From a bacterium (lineage in GTDB: Bacteria > SAR324 > NAC60-12), in NCBI GenBank assembly GCA_965209155.1, contig OZ242383.1, forward strand, positions 4,096,001 to 4,160,000: 64,000 bases of DNA, given 5' to 3'. Every line of letters starts with the position of its first letter. Position 1 is the stretch's first letter. The notes below the pieces were generated by a model, which had not been told where the DNA came from, did no database searches, and was given only the letters and a program-made list of their open reading frames with translations. A program made the translations under genes and the position numbers. Shown here in pieces: positions 49,473 through 58,596 of this stretch.

Positions 49473-50390
49473 ATGATGAGCAACCCTCCTTTGAGAACAG
49501 GTCGTCGCGTCACGAAAGTTTCATTTCAGCAGACCAATAAATCCGGTAAACGTTTTCCGCTGAAATTTTATTGTCTCTGGATTTTACCTAAGACTCTCAT
49601 CAGCCGAATTTCTGGAATCCTGGCCGAATGTCGTTTGTCTCCAATCGTGCTCCGTCCCATAATCAAGATCTTTATCTGGTATTATAAAGTGGATATGTCA
49701 GAAGCAGTCCAACCCCTTTGGTCTTATCCCACTTTCAATGCGTTTTTTACCAGGCGTCTGAAACCAGGGTCCCGTCCCATCGATTCGGAACCCAATACCA
49801 TTGTCAGCCCGGTTGATGGCATTGTGGGACAATTTGGCACTATCCGAGGTGAACAACTGATTCAAGCCAAGGGAATGAATTTCTCCCTTAGCGATTTGTT
49901 GGGCGATCCTTCCAGAGCCAGGGAGTATGTGAATGGACAATACATTACGATTTATTTAGCTCCTTACCACTATCATCGTATTCACAGTCCTGTCCTTGGC
50001 AGCGTTCGCTATTGTGTCCACATTCCTGGTTTACTCTGGACTGTCAATCCCCTCGGCGTGAACTTTGTACGCAATCTTTTTGTACGAAATGAACGCATCG
50101 TTTCCTATTTGGAAACTCAAAAAGGAGAATGCGTAATGGTTAAAGTCGGTGCCAATGTTGTTGGAAAAATCAAAGTAGTCTACCATTCCATGACAACCAA
50201 CCTATTTCGGGAAAAACGTACAGAAGTGGCTCTCGACCCACCCTATTTTCTCTGTAAAGGTGATGAGCTGGGGTTTTTTGAGTTGGGTTCAACCGTGATA
50301 TGCTGTTTCAAACCCGGACAAATTTGTTGGAACGACCTGACAATCGGAGATGCACTGCGGATGGGAGAAGTCATAGGCAGGTATTTATAG
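49473..50390 (+). CDS. psd: Phosphatidylserine decarboxylase proenzyme
   Basis: FNAFFTR, SPVDG, YLAPYHYHRIH, NER, LGST cleavage motif. Confidence 0.95.
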   Translation: MMSNPPLRTGRRVTKVSFQQTNKSGKRFPLKFYCLWILPKTLISRISGILAECRLSPIVLRPIIKIFIWYYKVDMSEAVQPLWSYPTFNAFFTRRLKPGSRPIDSEPNTIVSPVDGIVGQFGTIRGEQLIQAKGMNFSLSDLLGDPSRAREYVNGQYITIYLAPYHYHRIHSPVLGSVRYCVHIPGLLWTVNPLGVNFVRNLFVRNERIVSYLETQKGECVMVKVGANVVGKIKVVYHSMTTNLFREKRTEVALDPPYFLCKGDELGFFELGSTVICCFKPGQICWNDLTIGDALRMGEVIGRYL

Positions 50391-50483
50391 AGGTCGTGTC
50401 TCTTTGATCCAAGATTAATTAATCTCATTAAACCACCAGCTCTGCTGGTGCGAACCTAATAGGCTTTGCCGGTCAGACATGAG

Positions 50484-50928
50484 AAACGTATCCGTGTCCG
50501 TTAGCCGTGCTCGTGCTCGTGAACGGTCAGTGAATTCGACGGCACATTTTGGTTAACATAGAAACAATGCGATGAAGTAACTGTTTCCCTTCGTCAAATA
50601 AAGGAGGCTGGATGATCTTCAACACGTTTAAAACATCGAGAATAGCAGCGCATTCCATTGCGGAACCTCGGGCAAATGCATAGAATCGTTGCTTGTCAGG
50701 AAAGGAATTTTTTCCACAGCCTTCTGCGATATTGAGAGGAATCGACCATGAGGCCCTTTTCAGTTGGTCAACTAAGGCTGAGTATCCTTTTGGCAATGTT
50801 TCGATGACTTGGACAGATAACGCTAAAAATTCGATGGAACATTGTTATACATCGATTTTTTCATGATCTAACATGGCAGCCTTTTTCGTTCACGAGCACG
50901 AGCACGTCTTACGATGACGAACACGTTT
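50484..50928. repeat. Inverted repeats built of NNNACG-type hexamers bounding the four-helix-bundle gene
   Basis: CGTGCTCGTGCTCGTGAACG (50506-50525) is the exact reverse complement of 50887-50906; degenerate hexamers extend each arm to ~42 bp. Confidence 0.88.
50527..50874 (-). pseudogene. Four-helix-bundle protein (23S rRNA IVP/TIGR02436-like) with premature stop at codon 10
   Basis: MLDHEKIDV*QCSIEF... (family HEKLDVY); DQLKRASWSIPLNIAEG, ARGSAMEC. Confidence 0.9.
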
Positions 50929-51082
50929 TGCCCCCATCCTGGGGGCCTCTTCAAGCCACCGGCTCTGCCGGTGGTGATGACTCAAATTCGTAACACCGGG
51001 ATGGGGAAGCGTAACGAGAGAACTGATTTCAGTCCATCACGGATTGTTAGAATCCAAACCTTATTTTAGAAAAAGGAAAAAC

Positions 51083-51865
51083 ATGATCGATTGTAGCGGG
51101 AAAAAAGGAGTGGTCCTGGGTGTTGGCAATTCAAAAAGTATTGCGTGGTCCATTTCCAAATATTTACACCTGTGTGGCGCAGAACTGGCACTCACATACC
51201 TCGAAGATCCCAAGGGGCGATTCGAAAAAAATGTTCGCACATTGGCAGATCAAGTCGGAGCCTCGATCATAAGCCCCTGTGATGTCCAACAAGAAAATGA
51301 AATTGCATCATTAATGGACACTATATCCCAAAAGTGGGGAAGCGTCGATTTTCTGGTTCACAGCCTGGCCTATGCTGCGCAGCAAGATCTCGGGAGTTCG
51401 TTTGCCGAAACCAGCCGGGAAGGATTTCTCAAAGCCCAGGAAGTGAGTGCTTATTCTCTGATACCATTGAGTGCGGGGGTAGCGCCATTGATGCGGGTCA
51501 AAGGGGGAGGCAGTATTATTACAATGACCTATATCGGTGCAATGCTTGCAGTACCGAGCTATAACGTCATGGGACCTGCAAAAGCGGCATTGGAGTCCTC
51601 CGTACGATACCTCGCCCGGGAATTGGGTCCGGACAATATTCGCATCAATGCAATTTCTGCAGGACCTATTCGTACACTTTCTGCACTAGGTATCAAAAAT
51701 TTTTCAACACTTCTTCAAGGCGTAGCAGACCATTCGGCGCTTCGGCGTAATGTTACACCGGACGAAGTGGCTCAAACCGCAGCCTTCCTGTGCAGCGACT
51801 TTTCCTCGGGTATTACCGGACAAACAATTTACGTTGATTGCGGTTACAACATCATGGGAAATTGA
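51083..51865 (+). CDS. fabi: Enoyl-ACP reductase
   Basis: SIAW, VHSLAYA, SAYSL, YNVMGPAKAALE, NAISAGPIRTL. Confidence 0.96.
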   Translation: MIDCSGKKGVVLGVGNSKSIAWSISKYLHLCGAELALTYLEDPKGRFEKNVRTLADQVGASIISPCDVQQENEIASLMDTISQKWGSVDFLVHSLAYAAQQDLGSSFAETSREGFLKAQEVSAYSLIPLSAGVAPLMRVKGGGSIITMTYIGAMLAVPSYNVMGPAKAALESSVRYLARELGPDNIRINAISAGPIRTLSALGIKNFSTLLQGVADHSALRRNVTPDEVAQTAAFLCSDFSSGITGQTIYVDCGYNIMGN

Positions 51866-51904
51866 GAGGGAGAATCTAAATGATTTATCGCGAATAGAAG
51901 CAAT

Positions 51905-52315
51905 ATGGATTTTGATATGAGCGGCTACGCAGAAGGAAAAACATACGATTTCCTGAAAGAAGACACTATCGACGCGCAAGTATTGCGCACTTTTCCTTAC
52001 CAGGGGCCACAACAACGCGTATCCTATAAATTTAAGGAGTTTTCAGCGGTTTGTCCCTTTTCGGGATTACCTGATTACGGAATCGTGTGGGTTAAATACA
52101 CACCTCGGGATCTCGTCGTGGAACTGAAATCTTTGAAATACTATTTTCAAACCTTTCGCCAGGTAGGAATTTATCAAGAAAATGCGACTTCTCGTATTTA
52201 TAATGATTTACATCGATTGCTTCAACCACAACAACTGGTCGTCAAATCTCGATACAATACTCGCGGAGGAATCGACGCGACTTGTGTGGTTCATTCCGAG
52301 GATCAAAGCGTCTGA
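51905..52315 (+). CDS. queF: PreQ1 synthase (7-cyano-7-deazaguanine reductase), type I
   Basis: EFSAVCPFSGLPD, VELKSLKYY, RGGI. Confidence 0.95.
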   Translation: MDFDMSGYAEGKTYDFLKEDTIDAQVLRTFPYQGPQQRVSYKFKEFSAVCPFSGLPDYGIVWVKYTPRDLVVELKSLKYYFQTFRQVGIYQENATSRIYNDLHRLLQPQQLVVKSRYNTRGGIDATCVVHSEDQSV

Positions 52316-52327
52316 CACGAGATGTAA

Positions 52328-52567
52328 ATGAGACTGAGTAAAAAACAAAAAGCCATCGTTAAAATCGTCCAGGATCAGGAAACGCTGGAGAGAAGGGTTC
52401 TGTTTGAGGCGTTAGAAGGAGTTTTAGCAGAATATTCTCTTGTAAAAGTCGAAAGAGTGGTAAAATCTTTGCAAGTAATATCTCAAAAACAAGCGATTTC
52501 AGGTCAATTGTTAAATTGTATCAGACCGTTAACCCGACCCACTTTTAGCATAGGAGGTCAGGCATGA
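52328..52567 (+). CDS. Small hypothetical protein
   Basis: Fills the gap between queF and the DUF899 gene on the same strand; no motif. Confidence 0.45.
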   Translation: MRLSKKQKAIVKIVQDQETLERRVLFEALEGVLAEYSLVKVERVVKSLQVISQKQAISGQLLNCIRPLTRPTFSIGGQA

Positions 52568-52582
52568 ATAAAGGAGACGAAA

Positions 52583-53185
52583 ATGTCAAATGAAAAGATT
52601 ATCGAGCTTGAACAAAAGATCGGGGAACTGTTAGCGGAACTGAATGCCCTGCGTAAAAAAAACATGGGAACGCCAGTACCGAATTATACCTTCTCGACTC
52701 TGACTGGTGAGACAACACTACGCGATTTGTTCGGCCAAAAAAATAAATTACTTGCCATTCACAATATGGGTCAAGCCTGTCGCTACTGTACCTTGTGGGC
52801 AGACGGTTTTAACGGATTGTTAATGCACCTGGAGTCGGTGATTTCAGTCGTTTTGTTATCGAAGGATTCACCTGAGATTCAGCATCGCTTCGCAAGCTCC
52901 CGAGGTTGGCGATTTCAGCTCGCCTCTCATGGTGGTGGTGACTATATTCGCGAGCAGTCGGTTTATGAAGCTTCCGATAATTTCCCAGGCGCCATCATTT
53001 ATCAGCGCGACGGTGATAGAATTCTTCGTAAAAATTCTTGCGTTTTCGGTCCCGGGGATATTTACTGCGCTCAGTGGAGTCTGCTCGGCCTTGCCGGATT
53101 GGGTGAAGGAGACTGGACACCACAATATTCTTATTGGCAACGTCCGACTAAAATGGAAGACGGTGGTGCCAACCTCCTCGACTGA
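52583..53185 (+). CDS. DUF899 family (thioredoxin-like) protein
   Basis: AGGAG RBS; LRDLFG, HNMGQACRYCTLWADG, RGWRF, FGPGDIYC. Confidence 0.85.
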   Translation: MSNEKIIELEQKIGELLAELNALRKKNMGTPVPNYTFSTLTGETTLRDLFGQKNKLLAIHNMGQACRYCTLWADGFNGLLMHLESVISVVLLSKDSPEIQHRFASSRGWRFQLASHGGGDYIREQSVYEASDNFPGAIIYQRDGDRILRKNSCVFGPGDIYCAQWSLLGLAGLGEGDWTPQYSYWQRPTKMEDGGANLLD

Positions 53186-53382
53186 CATCTTCCCTGTAAA
53201 TCTTTCTGGGATCAAGGTATTCGCCCACCATTATCCCTTTGATGCTTCGTAAAAGTTCATTTTCGAGTACGCACCTTCATTAAGAAGTCATGTCGACCTC
53301 CAACAATCATAAAGCTCTGCAATGCTTTCGTTACATCTTCGCTGGGCATTAATGAAAGGCCAACAAGCACATCATTCACCCA

Positions 53383-54138
53383 TCACTTCCCTGCGGTTGC
53401 TCCACCGTCAATGACCAAATCGCTGCCGGTGACAAAAGAAGACTCGTCCGAAGCCAGGTAAAGGGCCGCGTAGGCCACGTCTTCCGGCTGGCCCGCGTGG
53501 CCCAGGGGAATACTGTTGAACAGCTCCTTTCGAGATTCCTCCTCCTCCAAAAAGTGGGCGATCATCATTGTTTCGATGTTGGACGGAAGGATGGAGTTGA
53601 CGCGGATCCCTTCCCTGGCGTATTGAACAGCGGTGGACTTGGTCAATAGCCGCATCGCAGCCTTGGACGTGTTGTAGGTGCACGACGTCCCCATGTTGCC
53701 TTCCAGCGCAGCCACCGAAGCGATGTTGATCATGGAGCCGCCACCCGCTTTCCGCATCTCGGGTATAGCGTGTTTTGTCCCCAGAAACGCGCCCTTGGCA
53801 TTTGTATCCAAATCCCGATCCCACTGCTCGCTGGTGATCTCCTCCACCCGAGCGAATCGGCAAGTCCCCGCATTGTTCACCAGCACGTTCAGTTTCCCGA
53901 AGCGGGCGACCGTGGAGGCCACGGCTTGCTGCCACTCGGCCTCGCTGGTAACATCCAACCGGACGAAGAGGCACTCGCCACCGGTTTCATTAATTTCGGT
54001 CTCGGTCTGACGCCCTTCCTCTTCCAGCACGTCTCCAATGACCACTTTGGCCCCTTCCCCGGCAAACAGCGTGGCCATCGCTGCGCCCAGACCCCTGGCT
54101 CCCCCGCTGATAAAAGCGACCTTGTCTTTCAGTCTCAT
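53383..54138 (-). CDS. Short-chain dehydrogenase/reductase
   Basis: SGGARGLG, VNNAG, YNTSK, IRVNS, VTGSDLVIDGG. Confidence 0.96.
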   Translation of the reverse strand: MRLKDKVAFISGGARGLGAAMATLFAGEGAKVVIGDVLEEEGRQTETEINETGGECLFVRLDVTSEAEWQQAVASTVARFGKLNVLVNNAGTCRFARVEEITSEQWDRDLDTNAKGAFLGTKHAIPEMRKAGGGSMINIASVAALEGNMGTSCTYNTSKAAMRLLTKSTAVQYAREGIRVNSILPSNIETMMIAHFLEEEESRKELFNSIPLGHAGQPEDVAYAALYLASDESSFVTGSDLVIDGGATAGK

Positions 54139-54150
54139 GGTTTCCTTCTT

Positions 54151-54858
54151 TTATTGATGATCGATGGTAGTTTGTCTCCCCGCTAACCACTGGATCCCCC
54201 GTCCCACTACCGTTCGAAAACCGGGGTTTGAGTAGGCGCGGTTATCGTCCCCGCCCTGGTAGCAGAAGACCCTCGCCTTACCGAAGGTCCGCGTCCACGC
54301 GATCGTCTTCATACTCTGGGGATGATCGGTGGTGAGCAGGATGTGGCTATCCTCGTCCGCATCGTCTGCGTGATAGGTCTCGTCGACGATGTCCCACGGC
54401 TCCAGTGTGGCAGTGATGGGATGCCCGGTGTCCGCGACGTCGATGCGCATGGTCTGCTCCAAGGCATACGGTACTGTGCCCCCCTTATGACGCATGCCGC
54501 TCAGCTCTCTCCAGAGCGGCCAGTCGGGGAAGGCTACCAGCGCGTGATGCAGCAGAAATATCCCCTGGTCCCCATCACGGCGAATCCCCTCCAGTATCTC
54601 CTTCAGGCCTCCTCCGCTCTGCTTAGAGGTTCCTGGCTCTGATTTACCATCTTTTTCAGGGGGCGTGCTTTGGTGCCAGTTGAAGAACACGAGTACGTCA
54701 TAGGTCCCTGGACCGCGTGCCGGGTCGGTAATGAAGTCCCACATGTTCTGAGGGTAGACATCGATTTCGGGAAGGGAGCGAAGCATGGACTGGAAGCCGA
54801 CCACGTCATATTCGTGCTCGCCGGTAATCACGGCTGTTTTTATCTTTCCATTCGTCAT
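54151..54858 (-). CDS. ThuA-like domain protein
   Basis: TGEH, HPIT, DETY, IAWTR.FGKARVF. Start trimmed to ATG 54858 because the upstream extension is translated repeat. Confidence 0.85.
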   Translation of the reverse strand: MTNGKIKTAVITGEHEYDVVGFQSMLRSLPEIDVYPQNMWDFITDPARGPGTYDVLVFFNWHQSTPPEKDGKSEPGTSKQSGGGLKEILEGIRRDGDQGIFLLHHALVAFPDWPLWRELSGMRHKGGTVPYALEQTMRIDVADTGHPITATLEPWDIVDETYHADDADEDSHILLTTDHPQSMKTIAWTRTFGKARVFCYQGGDDNRAYSNPGFRTVVGRGIQWLAGRQTTIDHQ

Positions 54859-54900
54859 GTTTCTGTCTCCTGCATTAGAATAATTAATGATTACAATGAT

Positions 54901-55027
54901 ATGCCATCCCGGTCCCGGATCAAGTCCGGGATGATCCGGGATCCAGGTACCTGGTAGCGTTGCATACCCGTTCCACGTCGGCCGCTTCCGCGTACGGCTG
55001 GATTCCTGGTCAAGCCAGGAATGACAA
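54901..55027. repeat. REP/RPE-like composite palindromic repeat, copy 2 (inverted relative to copy 1)
   Basis: CCCGGATCAAGTCCGGGATGA and CTGGATTCCTGGTCAAGCCAGGAATGACAA hairpins match 5741-5846. Confidence 0.85.
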
Positions 55028-55077
55028 AGTTGCGAATACCCAAGGAGAAAAAAAGTACGCACTTTTGCCCTTCGGCA

Positions 55078-56106
55078 CTAGTTGGGCAGCAAGGCCACGG
55101 AACGGACCTCGCCAAACTCCTTTTGCAGCTTTTGCCACGAATCACCCCCGTCTTCGCTCAGGTACACGTAACCGTAGAAGCTGGCCGCGACGATTACGTG
55201 GGGCCGCTCCTTGTGAGTGGCCATCCCATAGATATGCGAGTTGGGCTTTACCGGCAGGGACACCGGTTGCCAACTTTTCCCGGCATCCTGGGTGCGCTGC
55301 ACGGCACCGGTGACACCGGGAATCGTGTCGCCGTTGCCGACAAACATGACATCGGGGTTATCCGCTTTGATGACCATGCCGCGGCAGTAGGACGCACGAG
55401 CTCCTTCATGGAACTTGGGGAAATTGTGGTAATCCCAGCTTTCGCCTTCGTCGTGGCTGGTGGCGATCCCAAAGGGCGAGGTACAGTAGATTGTGGAACG
55501 GGCGCCTGTCTTCAGAGTCAAACTGTGAATGTCGCCATGGAAGGGGTCAGGCCCCAGGTCGGGTAGGTGTGTCCAGGTGTCGCCGCCATCCAGGCTCTTG
55601 TAAACCCCGTCAACTTCCATGCCGGCCCAGATGGTGTCGTTGTTCCTGGGATCTACCATCATGCAGGTGGTCCGCGGCGGTGAGTCAGGAAGTGCGGGAG
55701 ACAGGGGGGTCTTCATGTTTACGCCCATCTGAAGCTTGCTCCAAGTCCGCCCCCCATCCCGGGAGCGGAATCCCTCGGGTCGCGTGCCCACGAAGAGGGT
55801 GTCCGGGTCCGTAGGATCGACAGTGACCGACCAGATTTCAAGGCCCGCTGTGGGAGCATCCAGGTTTTCCCAGGTCGTGCCGCCATCGTCGCTGCGGAAA
55901 ACGCCCACCTGGGATGAGGGTAATAATTGATGACCATCAACCCCGGCCAATACCCGCCGGGGGTTGGATGGATCCACGCACAACGCCCTGACGTTGGACT
56001 CATGCCAGATAGGCTGATAGATGGGGGTCCAGGATTCACCGCCATCGGCACTCACGTTCAGCCCTTGGCCGACAGTGCCGATGAGGATTGTATAATTTTT
56101 TGCCAT
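55078..56106 (-). CDS. BNR/Asp-box beta-propeller protein
   Basis: Repeated S.DGG.[ST]W boxes (SADGGESW, SDDGGTTW, SRDGGRTW, SLDGGDTW, SEDGGDSW). Confidence 0.92.
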   Translation of the reverse strand: MAKNYTILIGTVGQGLNVSADGGESWTPIYQPIWHESNVRALCVDPSNPRRVLAGVDGHQLLPSSQVGVFRSDDGGTTWENLDAPTAGLEIWSVTVDPTDPDTLFVGTRPEGFRSRDGGRTWSKLQMGVNMKTPLSPALPDSPPRTTCMMVDPRNNDTIWAGMEVDGVYKSLDGGDTWTHLPDLGPDPFHGDIHSLTLKTGARSTIYCTSPFGIATSHDEGESWDYHNFPKFHEGARASYCRGMVIKADNPDVMFVGNGDTIPGVTGAVQRTQDAGKSWQPVSLPVKPNSHIYGMATHKERPHVIVAASFYGYVYLSEDGGDSWQKLQKEFGEVRSVALLPN

Positions 56107-56127
56107 GTTGCGTTTCCTTTCCAAAAA

Positions 56128-56277
56128 TCATGAAGCTCTCTTTTGTTGAGACCCGCCATAGCGCCCTGCAGCACCCCGCAACCGGGGGTCGAGCAAATCC
56201 CTGAGGGCGTCGCTGAAAATATTGAGGCCGTAGACGGTGATCACCGGAATGAGGGCGTTGGGAAGCGCATGCCGGAG
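56128..56277 (-). pseudogene. Chimeric remnant of DppB- and DppC-type ABC permease genes
   Basis: Startless frame LRHALPNALIPVIT-VYGLNIFSDALRDLLDPRLRG...*: a DppB-type motif joined directly to a DppC C-terminus. Confidence 0.8.
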
Positions 56278-56278
56278 T

Positions 56279-56306
56279 CGGGGAATGAGATCGCTCCATT
56301 CCCCGA
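56279..56306. terminator. Stem-loop immediately downstream of the binding-protein gene
   Basis: CGGGGAATG-N9-CATTCCCCG; no clear U-tract, so it may be a stabilising intercistronic hairpin. Confidence 0.45.
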
Positions 56307-56314
56307 TGGGCTCA

Positions 56315-58102
56315 TTACTGTCCCAATATTTCTGCCTTTAAATCGCTGTTGATCCATGCACGAGCGAAAATCCCGCCTACAGAAAAACAACAGGTATCAT
56401 TAGTTTCGCCGGCGTAGTTCTCTACCCATGGCCAGTAAGCCATGGTTACCATTGGAGTTGGTGCATAGGCCACATAAGCTTTCGACAGCCACAACTGGTT
56501 CAAACCCTTCATGATCTTGTTCGCTTCAACGGGGTCCACTGTTTGTGACCACTTTGCATAAATCTCGTTTAATTCAGGGTCATCAACCACCGCGGTTTGA
56601 TAAGTTGCCCACTCTTCAATTGCAAACGTGGAAAGAGTTTGTCCCGGAAGGCCAACTGAGTTAGCAAGAAAAGTCATCGGCGCATGATTATTTTTTAGAA
56701 GCATTCCATCCAAAGTAGTCGAATCCCGCAGATCAATTTTAACGTCGATTCCGATATCCTTCCACATAGCTGCCAGAAAAGATACCACATCTCGCTCAGG
56801 CTCCCGTGAATATGCTTGTATGGTAGTCTCAAAACCGTTCGGGTAGCCTGCCTCGGCTAATAGTTGCCTCGCACGCTCAGGGTTATACTCAAAATTTTCC
56901 TGAGTTGATCGCGGTAGCTCCTCCATAGGAGTAAAGAGAGTCCTTGGAAGTTCTGCATGGAGCTCAGCGTTTAAAATCAATCCAGCACCTCCCTGAATGG
57001 TATTGATAAAGGCTTCTCGATCTATAGCCATGCTGATTGCTTTGCGCACCCTGATATCGTCAAAGGGCTTCACATCCAGCCTCATGCCGATTCTCCAGGC
57101 TCTCTCTGCCGCTCTCTCGATCATCTTTATTTTGGGACTTGATCTTTTTACCGAGTCGACGAACTTTTTTTCGAGTACATCATACACGTCAATCTTCCCT
57201 GTTCGTAACGCAGCGACCTGGGAGGATTTATCCTGTATTACAGTTTTTACCAGGCGGTCGATAAACGGAATCTCGTATTTCTTGTCATTGAATACGTAAC
57301 TGTCCCAGTAATTGGGATTCCTTGTGTAAGATACCAAGCTGCCTTCCACGACGTCCTCGAGATGAAACGGGCCTGTCCCCAGCCCCACATGAGTCTTCCA
57401 GTCTTTCATAGCCTCGTCCGTCAGCTCACGAGGTACGATGGACGCCCCACCCCAATGCGCGAATCCAAAGTAATGCCACCATTCAGCATTGAAGGCTTTA
57501 TTCTTTATTGTAAGCGTGTACCTATCCGTAGCTGTTACCGACTCCACGTCTTGAAATACTGGCACATCATAGCGCGTCCAACCCAATTCAAAGCTATAAA
57601 CGATATCCTCCGCTGTCAGCTCCCTTGATTTCATGACTCCCGGCTTGCCCGACCACATGACTCCCCGACGTAGTGTGAAAATAATTGTGTTCGCATCGGG
57701 TAACGACCAGCTTTCAGCCAACCGACCTCTTAGGAAATCCAAAGGAAACCCTTGAGAGTGATAAAAACCAGTAATCCCTGAGCCGCGTGGCCCAAACTTC
57801 TCAATGTCTGCATGCAAAAGGGACTCATACATCGGTTCATGATAAATACCTGTCGTCCACTGACTGCCTTCTCCTTTGTGCCAGGCTGTAGGCGGAAAAG
57901 CCGCTCCATATCCATCCAGGAATGTAATACTCCCACCGTATTGCGGCCCGGCGTTCTTTGCCGCCTCCGACGAAAAACCAATTATTTCGGCTGCCCAGGC
58001 CGGGCTGCCCAAGAAGCCTGCTCCTCCCAGGATGAGGGCCAGCAGGGTTGTCCTGAAGGTTGATTTGCGGTTTAGATTAAACATAGCGATTATTGTTTTC
58101 AT
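56315..58102 (-). CDS. ABC transporter substrate-binding protein, family 5 (Opp/Dpp-like)
   Basis: Signal peptide; LAESW, GTGPF, PFDDIRVRKAISMAIDR, YNPERARQLLAEAGYPNGF. Alternative in-frame start at 58168. Confidence 0.95.
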   Translation of the reverse strand: MKTIIAMFNLNRKSTFRTTLLALILGGAGFLGSPAWAAEIIGFSSEAAKNAGPQYGGSITFLDGYGAAFPPTAWHKGEGSQWTTGIYHEPMYESLLHADIEKFGPRGSGITGFYHSQGFPLDFLRGRLAESWSLPDANTIIFTLRRGVMWSGKPGVMKSRELTAEDIVYSFELGWTRYDVPVFQDVESVTATDRYTLTIKNKAFNAEWWHYFGFAHWGGASIVPRELTDEAMKDWKTHVGLGTGPFHLEDVVEGSLVSYTRNPNYWDSYVFNDKKYEIPFIDRLVKTVIQDKSSQVAALRTGKIDVYDVLEKKFVDSVKRSSPKIKMIERAAERAWRIGMRLDVKPFDDIRVRKAISMAIDREAFINTIQGGAGLILNAELHAELPRTLFTPMEELPRSTQENFEYNPERARQLLAEAGYPNGFETTIQAYSREPERDVVSFLAAMWKDIGIDVKIDLRDSTTLDGMLLKNNHAPMTFLANSVGLPGQTLSTFAIEEWATYQTAVVDDPELNEIYAKWSQTVDPVEANKIMKGLNQLWLSKAYVAYAPTPMVTMAYWPWVENYAGETNDTCCFSVGGIFARAWINSDLKAEILGQ

Positions 58103-58378
58103 TAGGATTCTCCTTAAAAAAAATGAATGAATAAATGGCATTAACAGAATAGCGATTTTCGATTTCATAAGATTCTCCTTAAAAAAATAAATGACAAAAT
58201 GACGCTCTCACGCGCCCATCAGCTGTTGCAAAACGGGTTTTATTCCATAGGCATTTCCTCCTTATCATCGGTTTTTCAGTAATAAAAAAGCTCTATAATC
58301 AGGAAGAACCCCCCTAATCACTGAAAGCTAAGAGCTAACAGTCAAAACTTCATTGCCCCCTGCCGTGAGTCTTTAGCT

Positions 58379-58393
58379 TCAAAAGTCATGCCA
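58379..58393 (-). promoter_or_regulatory. Putative sigma54 -24/-12 promoter
   Basis: Minus strand TGGCATGACTTTTGA versus consensus TGGCAC-N5-TTGC; correct spacing; points toward the SBP gene. Confidence 0.6.
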
Positions 58394-58479
58394 CTCGCTC
58401 GAAACGCAGGATTGGTGGGGGCTGAGGCAACTTGTGAGAAAGGAGGCTGCCAGTTTTGAGGTGATTTTTTGGTAAAATC

Positions 58480-58596
58480 GGGCATTTTTGCCCTTCTTAA
58501 ACACAAAAAATGGTGGATATTCGGCAGTAATGCATTGATATTAAACACTAATCCGAGATTCGGGCAGAAATGCCCGATCACTGGGCAGAAATGCCC
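58480..58596. promoter_or_regulatory. Three GGGCA-N4-TGCCC palindromes (putative enhancer/UAS) and an IHF consensus site
   Basis: Palindromes at 58480-58493, 58562-58575 and 58583-58596; TATCAATGCATTA (minus, 58528-58540) fits WATCAANNNNTTR. Confidence 0.65.

Noticed and set aside
50527..50874. Diversity-generating retroelement (Avd) or rRNA intervening sequence
   Set aside because: No reverse transcriptase, TR/VR pair or rRNA sequence recognised in the window.
54859..55062. N-terminal extension of the ThuA-like ORF, and ORF 5715-5984
   Set aside because: Both are read-through of the palindromic repeat (shared CHSWLDQES peptide).
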